Of a DNA stretch of 58,231 nt, positions 26,980 through 40,527 are shown in pieces. The position numbers and the translations under genes are program-made. Under the pieces are notes generated by a model. The model was given only the letters and a program-made list of their open reading frames with translations, made no database searches and was not told the origin of the DNA. Numbering within the stretch: position 1 is the stretch's first letter; each line of letters opens with the position of its first letter. The stretch comes from Bugula neritina (Eukaryota; Animalia; Bryozoa): positions 1-58,231 of the forward strand of contig CAXIUT010000180.1 in NCBI GenBank assembly GCA_964035545.1, in the 5' to 3' direction.

Positions 26980-27744
26980 TCAACTCCTTCGATAAACTAT
27001 CAACCTCTCCATCCGATTGAAGTTATACTGATGACTCCCAGTCACAAATTGCATTCTAACAGAAATAAAGCCAAAATCCTCATCATCCGCCTGAAATTTA
27101 AATACATCACAAACTGCCTCGTTCTTCATTATATCTTCAACATCAAAAGTTACAGTCGATTGGATAGGATCAGTCACTATCTGTATTTTAGAGCCCTTTA
27201 TCCAAGGAAATATCAACTCCCTGTATATTTTTTAATGTTTCACTCGATTAACAAATATATTCTATTCTATCTGTCTTATTTCCTTATTGACTACCACATA
27301 TTTAAAAATACTAATTTTGCTTATCCCCTGAACCATCTAAAAATCTTGAATCTACAACTTCACCATACAACCACTTCTCCCCTCCTCTCCATAAGATTTA
27401 TTCTCCTATTTGATTTTATCCAAATCCTTCTATATTTTAATAACCAAATCCGACTACTTGTTTTCTCTGTCAGAGATAAACCGATTCAATTCCGACAGCT
27501 ACAATTCTAATTTGGCATTATCGAATTGATAGTTAGATGAATCTTCAGTTGTCTAGTATATAGTTCGATATTGCTTCAATTCCTTTTATAGATAGGTATG
27601 TTGGTCGAAATAGTGAAGATAGTATGTAAATTTATTATCATTTTAGGTATGATATTCAGATGATACCTTGCTCTCCAACTGCCTGAGTCGACTTTCGTTT
27701 GTTCGGATCTACTACTTCTCAAATAACTAACAACAGTTACCCAT
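26980..27744 (-). CDS. Dual-acylated (MGNCC) protein with coiled coil and C2-like C-terminal region; 3' end uncertain (may extend to about 26860)
   Basis: ATG 27744 is in frame with the supplied ORF 26980-27216. Coding-like sequence continues past the TGA. Confidence 0.6.
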
Positions 27745-27831
27745 TACTATTAATATTATCTCATTCTGACCTTATGTCACTTATATCTCATAAGTAAAAA
27801 TAAGATCAAGTACAACTATATTTAAATTATA

Positions 27832-28972
27832 ATGGCAGAAACAGCAGATTCACTCCACAACTCAAAAATTAAAAACTTTTAAAGAAAAGTACTCAACCAG
27901 TCCTTCCTAGACATACACTTCTTTGATAAACTAGCTGATTACCTCCTAGAATGCTGCCATGCATAAACTAAACCCAACACACTCTCGCTCTTCTCCTGCC
28001 TTCCTCTCCTCATTCTATCAATATTCATAGACGGACCTTCACGACTCTTTTTCATCTTGGCTATCGTGTGTCTACTTGTCCATCAACTGCTAGATATCGC
28101 TAATAAAAAACAAGCCTATCGACTTTCACAATTTTCTCTGTCTACATACTACATCGACCACGTCTTTGACGCCTTCTCCTGCACCTGCATAGTCCTCATC
28201 ATCTGCAAATTCCTATAACTATCTCCAAGCTAATCCCTCACAGCTGTCTTCTTCTTTGGAATGCTACCCTTCTACACCCATCACCTCGCCATGTACAATA
28301 ATTAATACATGACCTTCTATAAAATATCACCCAATACAGAAGGTATCTTTCGACTTATCTAGGATTAGTAATCAATGAACTACTCTTCCTGATTTGTGTT
28401 TTTTACCCCTCTTTATTTAAACTTGAACTAGCAAGCGGAATCATAGTCTCCCATATCTACATTGGAGCAGCTCTTATTTGGTTAGTAGCTTTTATCGGAC
28501 ATGATATTTACACAATCGTCACAGGAAAAAGAGTTACAGATGCCAAAGCCGGAACATAAGAGCATTTTCCACTTAAAAATCTATTTGTTATTTTGATGAT
28601 AGGATATCTAATTCTAGAAATAACAACTATATAAAATCAACTTCTAGATGATTCTGTTCTCTTCTACCTAGCCTTCATGCTCTTTACTCTTATCTTCGCC
28701 CATGTCATAGGTATTTTAAACTTTATTTAGGAAATTTAATTCTAGCATACGGATACAACTAACTCTACAAGCAAATAACTCTGCCTTTTTTGGTTACAAT
28801 GGGGTTAATAGTAACATACTACACTATCCTTGTTTTTGGATTGAGAGGAAGTGACTCATAATTATTATTGACTACGATTGTTTTGGGGGTAATAATGACT
28901 TTGTTTGCTTTAGCTTTCTTAAGACATAATATGCAAAATATATTGCATATCAATCAAGTGCTATAAAATTGA
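27832..28972 (+). CDS. CDP-alcohol phosphotransferase family (choline/ethanolamine phosphotransferase-like), degenerate motif; 20-nt introns 28343-28362 and 28711-28730
   Basis: KPNTLSL, HQLLDIANKKQAYR..IDHVFD, ISPNTEG, multiple TM segments. Confidence 0.85.
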
Positions 28973-29028
28973 TTATTCTCATTAAAATTTACTATTTATA
29001 TTAACATTAATTATAATTAAGATAATTT

Positions 29029-29823
29029 ATGAAGATAGCTAGCGAAAGCACATTCCAACAATTCGACAAAATGAAAGACCAAGTCTTTGCCCATAAAAAA
29101 TCCCAAACAACCAAAAAAGACATCAAAAATCCAATCAGCATAAAATTCAGATTCATAATGCCCATTACTCTCATAGCAGGTGGACTATGGCTTGTCTACA
29201 AAAACACTCCAACTCTTAAAGAATATCTCCTAGATAACAAAGCAATAAGTTATCAAGAACTGCTAGCATATTAAGCAATAAATAGCGATATTAGATGCAG
29301 ATGGAAAGAGTATGTGGACAATCCCAAAGGTAAAATAAATAAAAACTTATCTAATTAAATATATCTAACAAAATTGTAGTCAGATTATCTTTATTTGAAT
29401 GATAAAAGAACAGAGAAAAAAGTTAATATAAATACTAAGACTAATTTTTCATTATGGATTTTTGAATTTAAAAATTAGTAAACTGCATATTTGATCAATT
29501 AGTATGGAGATTTAGTCAAAAACTAAAGAAGGTCTAAAATAGTTATAGGAAATTTTATAAAAATATGGAATAATATTTAACAAACCATCCTGAAAAGATA
29601 AAAAATATTCAATCATTATCTAGAATAAAGAAATAATATAGGTAAATAATGCTAAAAAGTAAATAAAATTAACAAGTTTGTATTATAATAAGAATAATAT
29701 TAGTCAGTTTTAAATAGTTGTAAAAGTAAATCAAAGATAGTAGCGTAAAAGATATAGAAGTATATAAATAAGAGATTAAAATAATAAAAAAAGAATAAGA
29801 TAAAAATATAATAAAGTTTATGA
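29029..29823 (+). CDS. Hypothetical single-TM protein
   Basis: Supplied ORF extends through TAR codons to the in-frame TGA 29821-29823. TM segment FIMPITLIAGGLWLVY. Confidence 0.65.
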
Positions 29824-29867
29824 TATTTATTTTATAATATTAATCAATTATTAAAAATTATTAAAAC

Positions 29868-31096
29868 ATGTATTTCGATTAAGAATAAACTCTTCCTGCC
29901 CTCCTCCCCATCAACAAAAAGAAAAAATAAACAACCATCACTCAGTAACACAACTAATAAACAAAAAGAGATACAAGAAAAGATAACAGAGACGCATTGA
30001 ATTTTTTAATAAAATAAAATACAAAAAAACAATCATAGGCATAAGTTAAAAAGGTAATTGGCTAGAAATAAACAAAATAAACATAGACCTTATCTCCAGT
30101 GAAAATCTAATAATTCGAGGGCAGATTCAAAGCAAATAACGAGCAAATATAAAAAACTCTATCTAAGTAGAGATCAAAAATACTGATAAAGTAAAAGAGC
30201 TACATAAATCAAAGGCACTAATATAGCAAATAATGCATAAAATAAATGCAAAAAACATAACATAGGAATTATACCCAGTAACAAATGAAACCGTATAAAT
30301 ACTAATAAAAAAAATAGATATAGAAATAGATGAATTAAAATCATAAGAATAGAGAAAGAAAATATCACTAGAATTAAATCCCAATAACCAGCATCTCAAA
30401 AAATAAAGATAAGGTATCAAATTAGCCATAGACAGAGCTGTCACTATCAAATAACTATATAACTAAAAAATAAACCTAAGAAATAAAATAATGATTTTAG
30501 AGAGATAGAAAATAGGACTAAAATAATAAAATCAAAATTTGAAAATTAAAATAAATAGAGGTGTATAAACCATACAAAATCATATGCATAATTTACCATG
30601 CTAGAAATAAAAATAACTCAAATAAAAATTAAATAAAGTATAAAATAATTATCTCAAATAAAAATAAATGAGATAACAACTATAAATCAATATCTCAAGT
30701 ATAGTACTTAATTTCAATCGATTGTATTAAGAAGCAGATAAAGCCAGATTAGTCATCACACGTAAACTCAAATAACTAGAATAAAGATAAAAAAATATCA
30801 TCAATAATTAAATACAAATAAATAACTAATCTAAAACCCCTAAAAATTCTAATTCGCTTTCAGGAACGCTATAAGATAAAATAAAAAATTCAACCAAAGC
30901 CAACTAAATTAAAAATAGCGTCCCTGTAAACAATCAAAAAACACCATAAAAAAGTTTTATCTACCCTCAATCCAAAGATATCAGTCCAATAAAACCAAGA
31001 AATTCATAAAAAGCACTAGCAGGCATGTTTTCAATGTAAGAACAAATAAAAAAAATGAGAAACAACCAACTAACAACCAAAAGAAAAAACTATTGA
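29868..31096 (+). CDS. Hypothetical K/E/N-rich protein; exon structure uncertain
   Basis: Long TGA-poor A-rich stretch from ATG 29868. Needs an intron or an indel correction to stay in frame. Confidence 0.4.
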
Positions 31097-31134
31097 TCTT
31101 ATCTTTTATATTACTATTTATAAAAATAATGTAG

Positions 31135-31923
31135 TCAATATTAATCATAAAAGTCCTGGTTGTTGATCTGCCAACCTCGAATATGAGTTACTTTATCTAT
31201 AAAAGATCCAACCATTTTAGTTTTTGTTTTATTTGTGTGACGATATCGACCCAAAAGAGGATACTAAATCACTGTCTACTTCTTCTTCTCCTACTTCTTC
31301 ATTGGAATGTTCATTATTGCGTTTTGAATTATTACAGAAGCACTCAATTTTGATATCTTTTTCTTACTCAAAATTTGAGGACTTATATTTCTATCTATGA
31401 TCTCTGTTTGAAAGTTTTTACGTCTCCTGCTGTTCATCAATACTTTCCGCATTGACTTGTAGTCGTCTTTGTGAGTTCTTTTCTAGATTGTAATATCTGA
31501 TTCTTGTCTATGATGGTGACTATCAACAATGCCTTTACTAATACTACTTTTTTTGCTTTTACTTTTATTCTTCTCTTGAAAATAATCAACTAAAATCTTA
31601 ATTGATTTTCTAGTGTCAATTAACTTAGATGTTTCTTCAGTTTTATAGTATGAAACATCTCTATTTTCTGATAGCATATTAATTATCTAAGAATGCTTAT
31701 TTACTAAACTATCATCTTTATTCTAAGTCATATATCGATTGTTTTAGCTATTTAAAGAAGATATATTTCGACCTAATATTTCTTATTCATGCAAAGGTTC
31801 AGTATTAGATCTCATTTTATTTTGTACATATTTTGATTGAAAACGATGTGGACTTAATTTAGGTATATTTGATACTCTTTTTACCCTCGGAAAAATAACT
31901 TTTTACTCTCTATTTTTTAACAT
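31135..31923 (-). CDS. Hypothetical low-complexity protein
   Basis: 263 codons including the supplied ORF 31483-31677. Confidence 0.6.
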
Positions 31924-31968
31924 TAATATAATCATCTAAATGATAATTAATAAAATAAAACTTTAGTA

Positions 31969-34460
31969 TCAATAACGCCTCCTAGCAGCATCTCCATTCT
32001 GATAAACTTACTCTTCAAGCAGCTCAGAAGGAGGCTTATCAGATATCTTCTCAGATATATAGTGAATCTGAGTCTCATAAGCCCCAGTTATCTTATGAGA
32101 ATCAATCGATAAATTCAGCTCTTCTCTTTGATCTCTTTCATTTTAATCATAGTTGATATTAGTAAGAGATAACTAACTCTCTTACAATCTTTAAAAGATA
32201 GAACCTTCTCTTTTATTATCTTTAACTTCATTGACAAGTGACACCTCTCTGTCAAATTCTTATCCATAGTAAAAACTCTAACTCATTTAATCTGAACTTT
32301 TTTCTCTAAACAGTCTAAAATGAAAACACAAATGAGCATTTACTTTCTTATTTGACGATATAAAAGCCTTATATTTTTGAGAAGAAGAATCTCTTAATTC
32401 ACTTAACAAGATATGGCATTTTCCCATTTTATAGTATTTTGTAGAATTTTTTCTATTCACAAGAACAGATATAACCAAAGTATCATGAATCTGTCTCCCT
32501 TTAAATTACAAATGAAGAGGACACCACTCATTCTACGTAGTTGTTCTTATTGTTTTTGATTAAATTTTGTCAATTATCTCAAATTTGATAATTATTGTTT
32601 GATTTTTACCACTCATTCCATACAAATTAAATTGAACATTCTACAAAAATAATCTAAATTTCTGACTCATATCTTCATATCGCTATCGATTTGCATTTCT
32701 TCTCATCTTGACAACCGACTCAGATTCTGCTGCGTTTCCTCTCCTAGTAGCAGATCTAAAATTAAATACACTTCGAGATTCACCTTTTGAACTATACTTA
32801 TCACCATTCACAGAATAATTGTATTTAGAACGAGATATCGATGGTGTCACACTATCAAGGATAACTGAACGGCCAGCCTCAGTTTTATATCTTTGTCTTT
32901 TAGAAGGACTTATTTCCTTTTTAGGATGAAAATTTGAATATAAAGTATCTTTATTATTATTATCTAAAGGTTTTATTTATTAGTTAAGCTACTTAATCTA
33001 TGAAACAGGTTTGATCTTTTTAACAAAATGACTAAACTATCCATTAAACCTCCTCATATATTTATCAAATTTGTCAATTTGCTTTCTATAACTATTAATC
33101 TCCTCTTTATCTATTTCAGTACATCTCTAGACCTGAGATATGAGAATACCTCTTTCTTAGTCATTAGAATCAACAAGTTATATCAATCTACTTTTAGCAT
33201 GACTAGATTAAAGTACACCATTAAGACTTCTATCTCTATTGTAAGTATAGCCTATAAAAGAAACCTAGATTAATATTTTTTTTTAGTTATTAGGCAAATA
33301 AAACCATTATTAACCAAAAATCTATTATCTGAATCATAATGAATAGGCACAAATATTTATAATAATCTCTTCCGTAACTTCTTTTCTTATTGCAATTAAT
33401 AAAATATTATCATTATCTATTGCTTTTTACTATTTTTCATTGTAGTTTTACGATCAACCGATACTTTTGAAAACTTCTATTTCTATACAGTCAACTACTA
33501 ATCCTCATTTCTTACCTATTTATCTATCCTTATATTTTTAATCACCAACACTTTGAAATAATTAAAATTGGTTTCATCTTTCAGCTGCTCTTCTATCTTA
33601 GAACTATATTTATAATAATAATCATGATCCTAAAATTTATTCTCCTTTATCGAAGGCAATATATGCTGATTAACAAAATGCTACTACACATCATCTTGCT
33701 CTTGTCCTATAATTTTATTCATAGAATGAGTCAGTTCCTTTATCTTGTTGTTTATATCGCTTGTCTGATTTATTATCGACTGCTTAAATGCAAATTCAGG
33801 TGTTGTGACTTTCACCTTTGAAATTATTGGATCTATTGCCTTTCTTTTATCTTTAATATCACTAGTTATTATTTTTTAGGGAGAATATGTTTGTTCTTTT
33901 GACATTTTATAACTATATTTACCAATAATTTTGTCATAATTATGAGAACGTATTCCATAAATAACTCCATTTATCACTGCATTTCTATTGGAATTGCTTG
34001 CATCAATGATATCATTGAGTTAAATTTATCCTTTCCCTACTTCTAAATATTGACCCTCTCCTCCTCTTTTATGAGCTTTTTAAAGCAACACCAAAAAACA
34101 TGAATTATGACGTAGATGTTACTTTCCATGAGGAATTTGAAAAGTATATCTATTTTGTACCTTTCTAAACTGCTCCTATTTATTATTCCTTCGAATGATC
34201 ACTCTTATCTTATATTTCTAAGTAACAACTTTTATACAGAACCTGCAGTCGGATGAATGATAAATATATTTTGTAGAATAAATGATATTTATTCCATTTT
34301 TCGCTTCTATCTGCCTCTTCCCTACATAATAGTTAGTAGATAATAAACTAACTTATATAGATCAAGTTTATTTTATTTTGTTTATTTAATATTATCTGAT
34401 CATTTACTATCTATCAATCGATCTATTATCTTATCTTAGCAGATAAGTAAAAATCATGAT
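31969..34460 (-). CDS. Multi-C2-like-domain protein; 5' end uncertain
   Basis: Beta-rich segments YLEVGKGEIELNDII and YYKMGKCHILLSEL..AHLCFHFRL resemble C2 domains; TGA at 31969. Confidence 0.5.
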
Positions 34461-34502
34461 ACATTGTAGATTTATTTATCTATTGTAATTAAAAATAAGT
34501 TT

Positions 34503-35545
34503 ATGTCAAAGAGATTGATTCTTCTTCTTGTTCTAGTCTTAGCTACTCAAGAGATCAATCAGACTTGTAACTTTCTCTAACCCTGTCCCGATCACTCCAG
34601 CTGTAGTCCAACTACTAACTACTGCGTCTGTGATACAAATTACATAGGAAATTGCAACGTTTAGGCAGATTAAATAAACTAAACTCCACAAATATTTTAA
34701 ATGCCAAAGAATGGAAGTCGACTCTTCTACATGAAACCTATATAAATAGAAAAATATATCTAAATCAAGTTAACTATTTGTAGATAAAAACAAAAATAAA
34801 ATGTACCCGTCAACCTCAGTCTCTGGTACTAAAACGGATAAAATGCAAAATATACAAGTTAAAATGCCAAAAATATATTCAGACTATCTTTCAATGATGT
34901 TTGCCATACTCTCATAAGTAAATTTGTTGAATTTGCTGCCCAAAAAAATGGATAAAGTCAAATGATTATCTTTGGACTAAGCTAAAATCCTAAACCTGTC
35001 ACTCTCACGCTCACAGTCAACCAAAAAGTAGTCATAGGACTTTCTTTCTATTACTATATCATGGTAGGAGTTATTGTCTTTGTTAGTGTTCTATCTTTCA
35101 CATCAGCTGTCCTCTATATGATCAGAAGGAGAAGACTAAGACAATTATTTGGATCTAGACCTGAACCTAATTAAAATACGATGAATATTGATCATTTTGA
35201 AAACTTCATGCCTTCAACTATTTCAACACAGAGAGGCCCATAAAATTCTCCTTGTTCTATCTGTCTTCAATAGATAAAAGTAAAGTAATAAGTGAGAAGC
35301 ACTCCCTGTAAGCATTTGTTTCATACTACTTGTATTGATTCTTGGTGTCTTCAAAATTTGAGTTGTCCTGTATGTAGAAGTGATTTTTCTATTGAAAAAA
35401 TAGGATAAATCAATCAAATATAAAAATAGTTAACTTAAATGATGAATATCAAGATAAATGGGAAGAGAATATTGAAGTTTAAATGACTAAAGTAGAAGAG
35501 TAAACATAAAATAATAATGGTGTTCTCAAATAAAGAATGCTTTGA
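34503..35545 (+). CDS. Type I membrane RING-H2 E3 ligase (signal peptide, EGF-like, TM, RING-H2); stop at 35486 as assembled, or 35545 if one A is missing at 35395-35400
   Basis: CSICLQEIKVKEEVRSTPCKHLFHTTCIDSWCLQNLSCPVCR; N-terminal hydrophobic signal; Cys-rich EGF-like module. Confidence 0.88.
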
Positions 35546-35665
35546 TTAGATATTGAATCTTATTCAATTTAATGAGTTATATATATTAATATTTATTTTG
35601 TTTAGCTGATTGATAAATATATTCATCAACTTTTATATTTTCCGCATTTTATTTTTACTTGAGTA

Positions 35666-37773
35666 ATGATCGAATAATCACAAGAAAACTAAGCTAAGCT
35701 TTCTCTATTTCTAACCAAAACATAAAACATCACTTCATTAACTCAATAGTTAGAACTTTATCAAGAGATGTTGACCTTTCTAGTTGAATAATGCAAAAAA
35801 TAAGAAATGTTGAACAAGCTATTAATCATTTTTAAAAAAACGAAAAACCATAGAGTTTTTAAGGCTCTTTTTCAATATTTCATTGATAAACTCTAAACAA
35901 GAAATCAACAAGAGCTCGAGCAAACAATCTTGATGTTTGTGAAATAAAGTTTAAATCACAATAATAACCCAAATAAAATATAGTATTAAAGAAATAAAGC
36001 TATAGTTAGTATACTTCTATCATGCAAAGGAAGTATAATGGAAAAAATCATTTAAATATGCAAATAATCTCAATAAAGAAGTAAAAATTTATTACTCTCT
36101 ATCAATGATATGTTAGTCTAGAGAATAAAATAAGATTCTGCAGTGAATTTTAACTTTACTTTAACTTCTTTACTAGCATTAAAAGTTATTCAATTTGTCT
36201 AAAAAGCAAATCCACAACTTTTATAGAATTCTTTAAGACATCTATTAATTATCAACTTCATCCAAAAAGGATAAATTGCCAACGTAATAAGATAAAGCCG
36301 AGTAATTTTAGATAGTCTTCTCAAAATTGATAATTTTCCAATGATAAATGGCTATTGGTTCTTACTAGTAAGTAAAATCAGTGAATAAAGTACTTAAAAA
36401 CAAATAAATGAAGATAAAATATCTCTTTTGTAAGATAAAGCTCTAGAAATGATATGTAAATCAGTTGAAAAGGAACTGATCTATCTTCAGAAGTATATAA
36501 TATTCTTCATAACTCTTAAGATAAAAATAAAAAGCATCATTTAGTCCAGTTAGTAAGAGGCTATTGTATATTTATATCAGAATATGCAAAAAAACAAATA
36601 CAATCAGGCACTTTTTAAAATAAAATCCTTGAGCTGGTTGAACAACTAATGTAAATCAAAGACTTTGTTTGCTTTTAATACCTTGTTTCTGTTTATGCTA
36701 TGATTATTAAAAGCAATGAAAGTTTCAAAATACCAATAAATATGATATAAAAAATTCAAAAAAACTGTCTTCCTATGTATCAAACTTCCTAGATGTCTAA
36801 TCAATAGAAAAAATCAAAATAAATGAACTTTTTATCAAACAACATCGATATCATTCACAACTATAAAATATCTCTGGCTTCTTCTTAAGAAATGCAAGTT
36901 CTTCTAGATAGTATTTTATAAGAAAAATAAAGTAAAAATTAGCCATCTATATGTTAATGTTTCAAAGAACACATACATTCAGCAATAGAACTTCAATACT
37001 AATTTTAATTCAATGAACATTAATTCGTTAGTGCAACCAATCTTATGAGCAGATAGATAGTTAGAGTACATAAACTAAATCCTATCAACTAAAATCTGTA
37101 AAATTTAAAGACATATCTATTCAATAACCTTAAAATGCTTCTCAATTTGAACTAAAGTAGCTTACCTCAATATAGAAAATGCATTATCTTTAAAATATTT
37201 GACTTAATCCTTTCTTTTCCTGATATTCTTATTCAAAATTCATTTTTGGAACAAGTCACTGAAGATTTGTTAGTCTAAAGAATCCCTTCCACCTTTCCTT
37301 ATTTGTACTTTTTAGTTTAACATCTTAAAAGAATAAATATAGAAAAGAAATAATCTAACCTGGAAAGAATCAGCTAAAAATTGTTGAAAAAAGTAACTAG
37401 TGATTCTTTGAGTTTTTCAAATAAGATCTATATTTGGAATTTATTGCTGACTATAAATGATAGAAATGAACAGAAAATCAAAGAACTATTAGAAGTATAT
37501 AGTGAATCTGAAGAACAATGGATGGCTAAGTACATTGCAGCAAGACAGAGAAAAATAAAAATAATATAAATTTACTTATAAAAGATTTTATCAGTTCAAT
37601 AAAAATGGAATAATACACCATCCTTCTATGTTTCCTAGATAATTATCATCCAAAAATAACTTAAAAAATGATTTAACTCCTATATTTTAATACTTTATTT
37701 AGTTTATCTTCAAAATTAGTATAAAATATCTAAGTTCTACTTGAATATAGTTAATAGTGAGTTGATTTATTGA
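35666..37773 (+). CDS. Hypothetical helical (ARM/HEAT-like) protein
   Basis: Long TGA-poor coding stretch containing the supplied ORF 37381-37569. One 3n+2 adjustment is needed. Confidence 0.55.
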
Positions 37774-37792
37774 TATAAAATATGTTAATAGA

Positions 37793-38406
37793 TCACATTC
37801 TATCAGCTGTAGGTGGAGGAGCATCAGCGCCATCTTAATTTCTATCACCTCCAAGTTTATTCAAGGTCACTGCAGATAAGATGAACAAAGGAATGACAAC
37901 AAGGAACCACTTTAAGACAGTATCAGCCACTGCCACTTGATGATATGTATCTAGATCGTCCTCTATATTATCAATTTTATTACGTTCACGGACATAATTC
38001 TGATAAAATGGTTTTGCATTTTTAATGAAATGTTGTTGATTTGAAGTAGTTGAAGCAAGAATGGATATCAGTACTGCCATTGCGAATTGCAAAAGAAGTA
38101 AAACTGCAAAAAGAGCATATCTTATTTTATTGCTCAGACACTGTCTGAAAGTATCAACCAAAAGAATAATAGCCAAAATCAAACTAGCTGTAGCAGCTAT
38201 CACAATAAAAGCTGCATATTGATTGAAGTCTCTGTGGAAGTAATCAGTATTGTTTTATACGAGATGCTCATAAACCTAGTTGTCATACCATACTTCTCCA
38301 CGACCAACAACTTAATTAATAAAAAATTACGAGCATAGTCCAGTAACGAGAATATAACCACTAGAATAAGTACGACGATAGCTAGACCTCTTTACCACTG
38401 TGCCAT
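37793..38406 (-). CDS. Four-TM membrane protein, family copy 1; 20-nt intron 38311-38330
   Basis: Four hydrophobic segments; shared phase-1 intron after TM1; C-terminus PPPTADRM. Confidence 0.8.
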
Positions 38407-38762
38407 AATGAATATTAAATTATTATGCTAAGCATTAAAGTTATATATTTAAGCGTCGGACCGTTTCTTGCTATCATTTTAGTTATCTCAGTCGAGATGA
38501 TTTATTCAAGTGAGACCTTTTATGAAGATTAATAAGAAACAGCTTAATCAAATTAGATCATTATCGTATGTAAAAGTTGTGTTCATGATTGTTTTTGAAT
38601 GTTCTGATATTTTTAAAGGTAGATCAGATTTTTTTAGATGATATTTTTAGTGTTAAATAAAAATCAGTTAATCATTGAAAATGATATCTCTTATTTGATC
38701 TAACTAATTACAAATAATCAAAATATATCAACTACAACAATTCTTTATTCTAAATCATTGAC

Positions 38763-38843
38763 GGGGTTGGGGTTGGGGTTGGGGTTGGGGTTGGGGTTGG
38801 GGTTGGGGTTGGGGTTGGGGTTGGGGTTGGGGTTGGGGTTGGG
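38763..38843 (+). repeat. Internal telomeric tract 2 (GGGGTT)n, 81 bp
   Basis: Perfect repeats starting GGGG and ending TTGGG. Confidence 0.97.
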
Positions 38844-38850
38844 TACAAAA

Positions 38851-39363
38851 TCACATTACTTGAGCTGTAGGCATACTTTAATTAGGAGTTTTATTACTTT
38901 GATTATTTTTTTCCTCGATTAAATACATCTCATGGATTACCATCGCAAGAAGAGGAATAAAAGCTAAAAGCCAACCAATTATTATCTCAGCTAACACTAA
39001 ATCTTGATTAACTATCTTTTCTTAAAAGTTAAATTATCTATTCAGAATTATCATACCAGACTGTAACTGCACATAGATATGCTAGCTCAAGAGCAAAATC
39101 AAAGATAAGCAGAGTCATCCATATAGTCCATCTATAAGCAACCTAATTACATATTCTAAACATGAGAACGCCACTCAGTACCAAAATTAAACATGCAGAA
39201 ACGAGGAATAAAATAACTCATGCATTTACATCTAAATTTTAAAAGGTAAGATCAGTCCTTGCTCCAACTAAATCAACAAACTTTTACCTGCGATATGGAT
39301 ACATGCAGATATCATCAAGAGAATTATAGCTATCTTGTAGAAAGAGAGAAATTTGGCATTCAT
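38851..39363 (-). pseudogene. Four-TM family copy 2, disrupted (in-frame TGA 39218-39220, +1 shift around 39010-39050); intron 39268-39287
   Basis: Aligns with copies 3 and 4 (ALELAYLCAVTVW, DLVLAEIIIGWLLA, MPTAQVM) but contains a stop and a frameshift. Confidence 0.6.
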
Positions 39364-39596
39364 AGACTCCATTTTATATAATGTTAATAAATATTATCTT
39401 ACAAGTATATTTCCCTTTCTTTATCGAATAAAGAATTGGTTTTAATATTCAAATTGTAGAAAATAAGTTATTTTTTAAGTATTATCTCAGGTCACAAATA
39501 AAGTATAATTAATAAAAAATAAAAGATATCACTTTGAAGATTGTATACTTAATCGAATTCATTAGATTAATAAATGTTAGAATATCAAATGCATGA

Positions 39597-40157
39597 TCAC
39601 ATTCTTTGAGCTGAAGCAGGTGGAACATCTGGATTGGCCTAAATGACTCTATTATGGTTCTCATCTGTCAATATTTCTAGAATAACGACTGCAAGTAGAA
39701 ATCCAAAGGCAAGAATCCATCCAATTACTAAATCAGCAATGACTAAATCATTAAAAGAACTATAATAATTTTACAATGTTTATTTCTGAGATTAAAGCCA
39801 AATGGTTACAACACAAAGATAAGCGAATTCTAAAGCTAAATTAGCAATTAACAGTAAAATCCATATTTCCACCCATATAAATCTTCTTTCAAAATTTTAA
39901 CAATCAAAAGACCACTAACTATTATAGTTAGACATGTCACTATCACTTAAAAAGCTACAACACTAGTAATATATTTAGCCCGAAACCTATCCTTTTATTC
40001 TTATTTATTGTTGTCGCTTGTCTGATCTTTCCCGATAAATTAATATCTGTCCGAGCAGCAACTGAATTATCATTGATCTACCTGCAAAATGAATGAATCC
40101 TGCAATAATAACCAAGATGAAAGTGGCCAAGTAAAAATATCGATAGTTTGGATTCAT
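39597..40157 (-). CDS. Four-TM family copy 3; two apparent 1-nt deletions (about 40029 and 39867), either assembly error or pseudogene; intron 40062-40081
   Basis: ALEFAYLCVVTIW, DLVIADLVIGWILA, VPPASAQRM. Confidence 0.6.
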
Positions 40158-40527
40158 CTTTTATTGTATTGTAATTGTATTTATATTAAAGAGATATTTT
40201 TGCAGCTATATAACTATATTAAAAACTTTGTTGTAATTTTGTTAAAAAAAATATGGATTAGATATTGATAAATATTAAATTTCTTCAAGATTCAAAGAGA
40301 TTATCTTATGTCATGAATAGATGATTAATTCATCTAAACATAAGTATCAGAATTTATCATTTAAAAATCGATCTAAGATCTTTTGATGACTAATCTGAAT
40401 AATTCTTTTAAAATATCATATCAAAAAAGAATCCAGTTCATCATAAGAGCAATTATCAATAAAAATGAATATATTTTCGATAAAAAATAAGCTAATATTG
40501 ATGAAAATAAAAATAAATCAATACGAA

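Noticed and set aside
26978-26997. Candidate 20-nt intron GTTTATCGAAGGAGTTGAAG extending the MGNCC gene
   Set aside because: It lacks GTA and the position-15 A and is purine-rich. The 3' end is left unresolved.
39218-39220. General UGA=Trp or selenocysteine recoding
   Set aside because: Only one internal TGA was found, in a copy that also has a frameshift. Conserved Trp residues elsewhere use TGG, and no SECIS-like context was seen.
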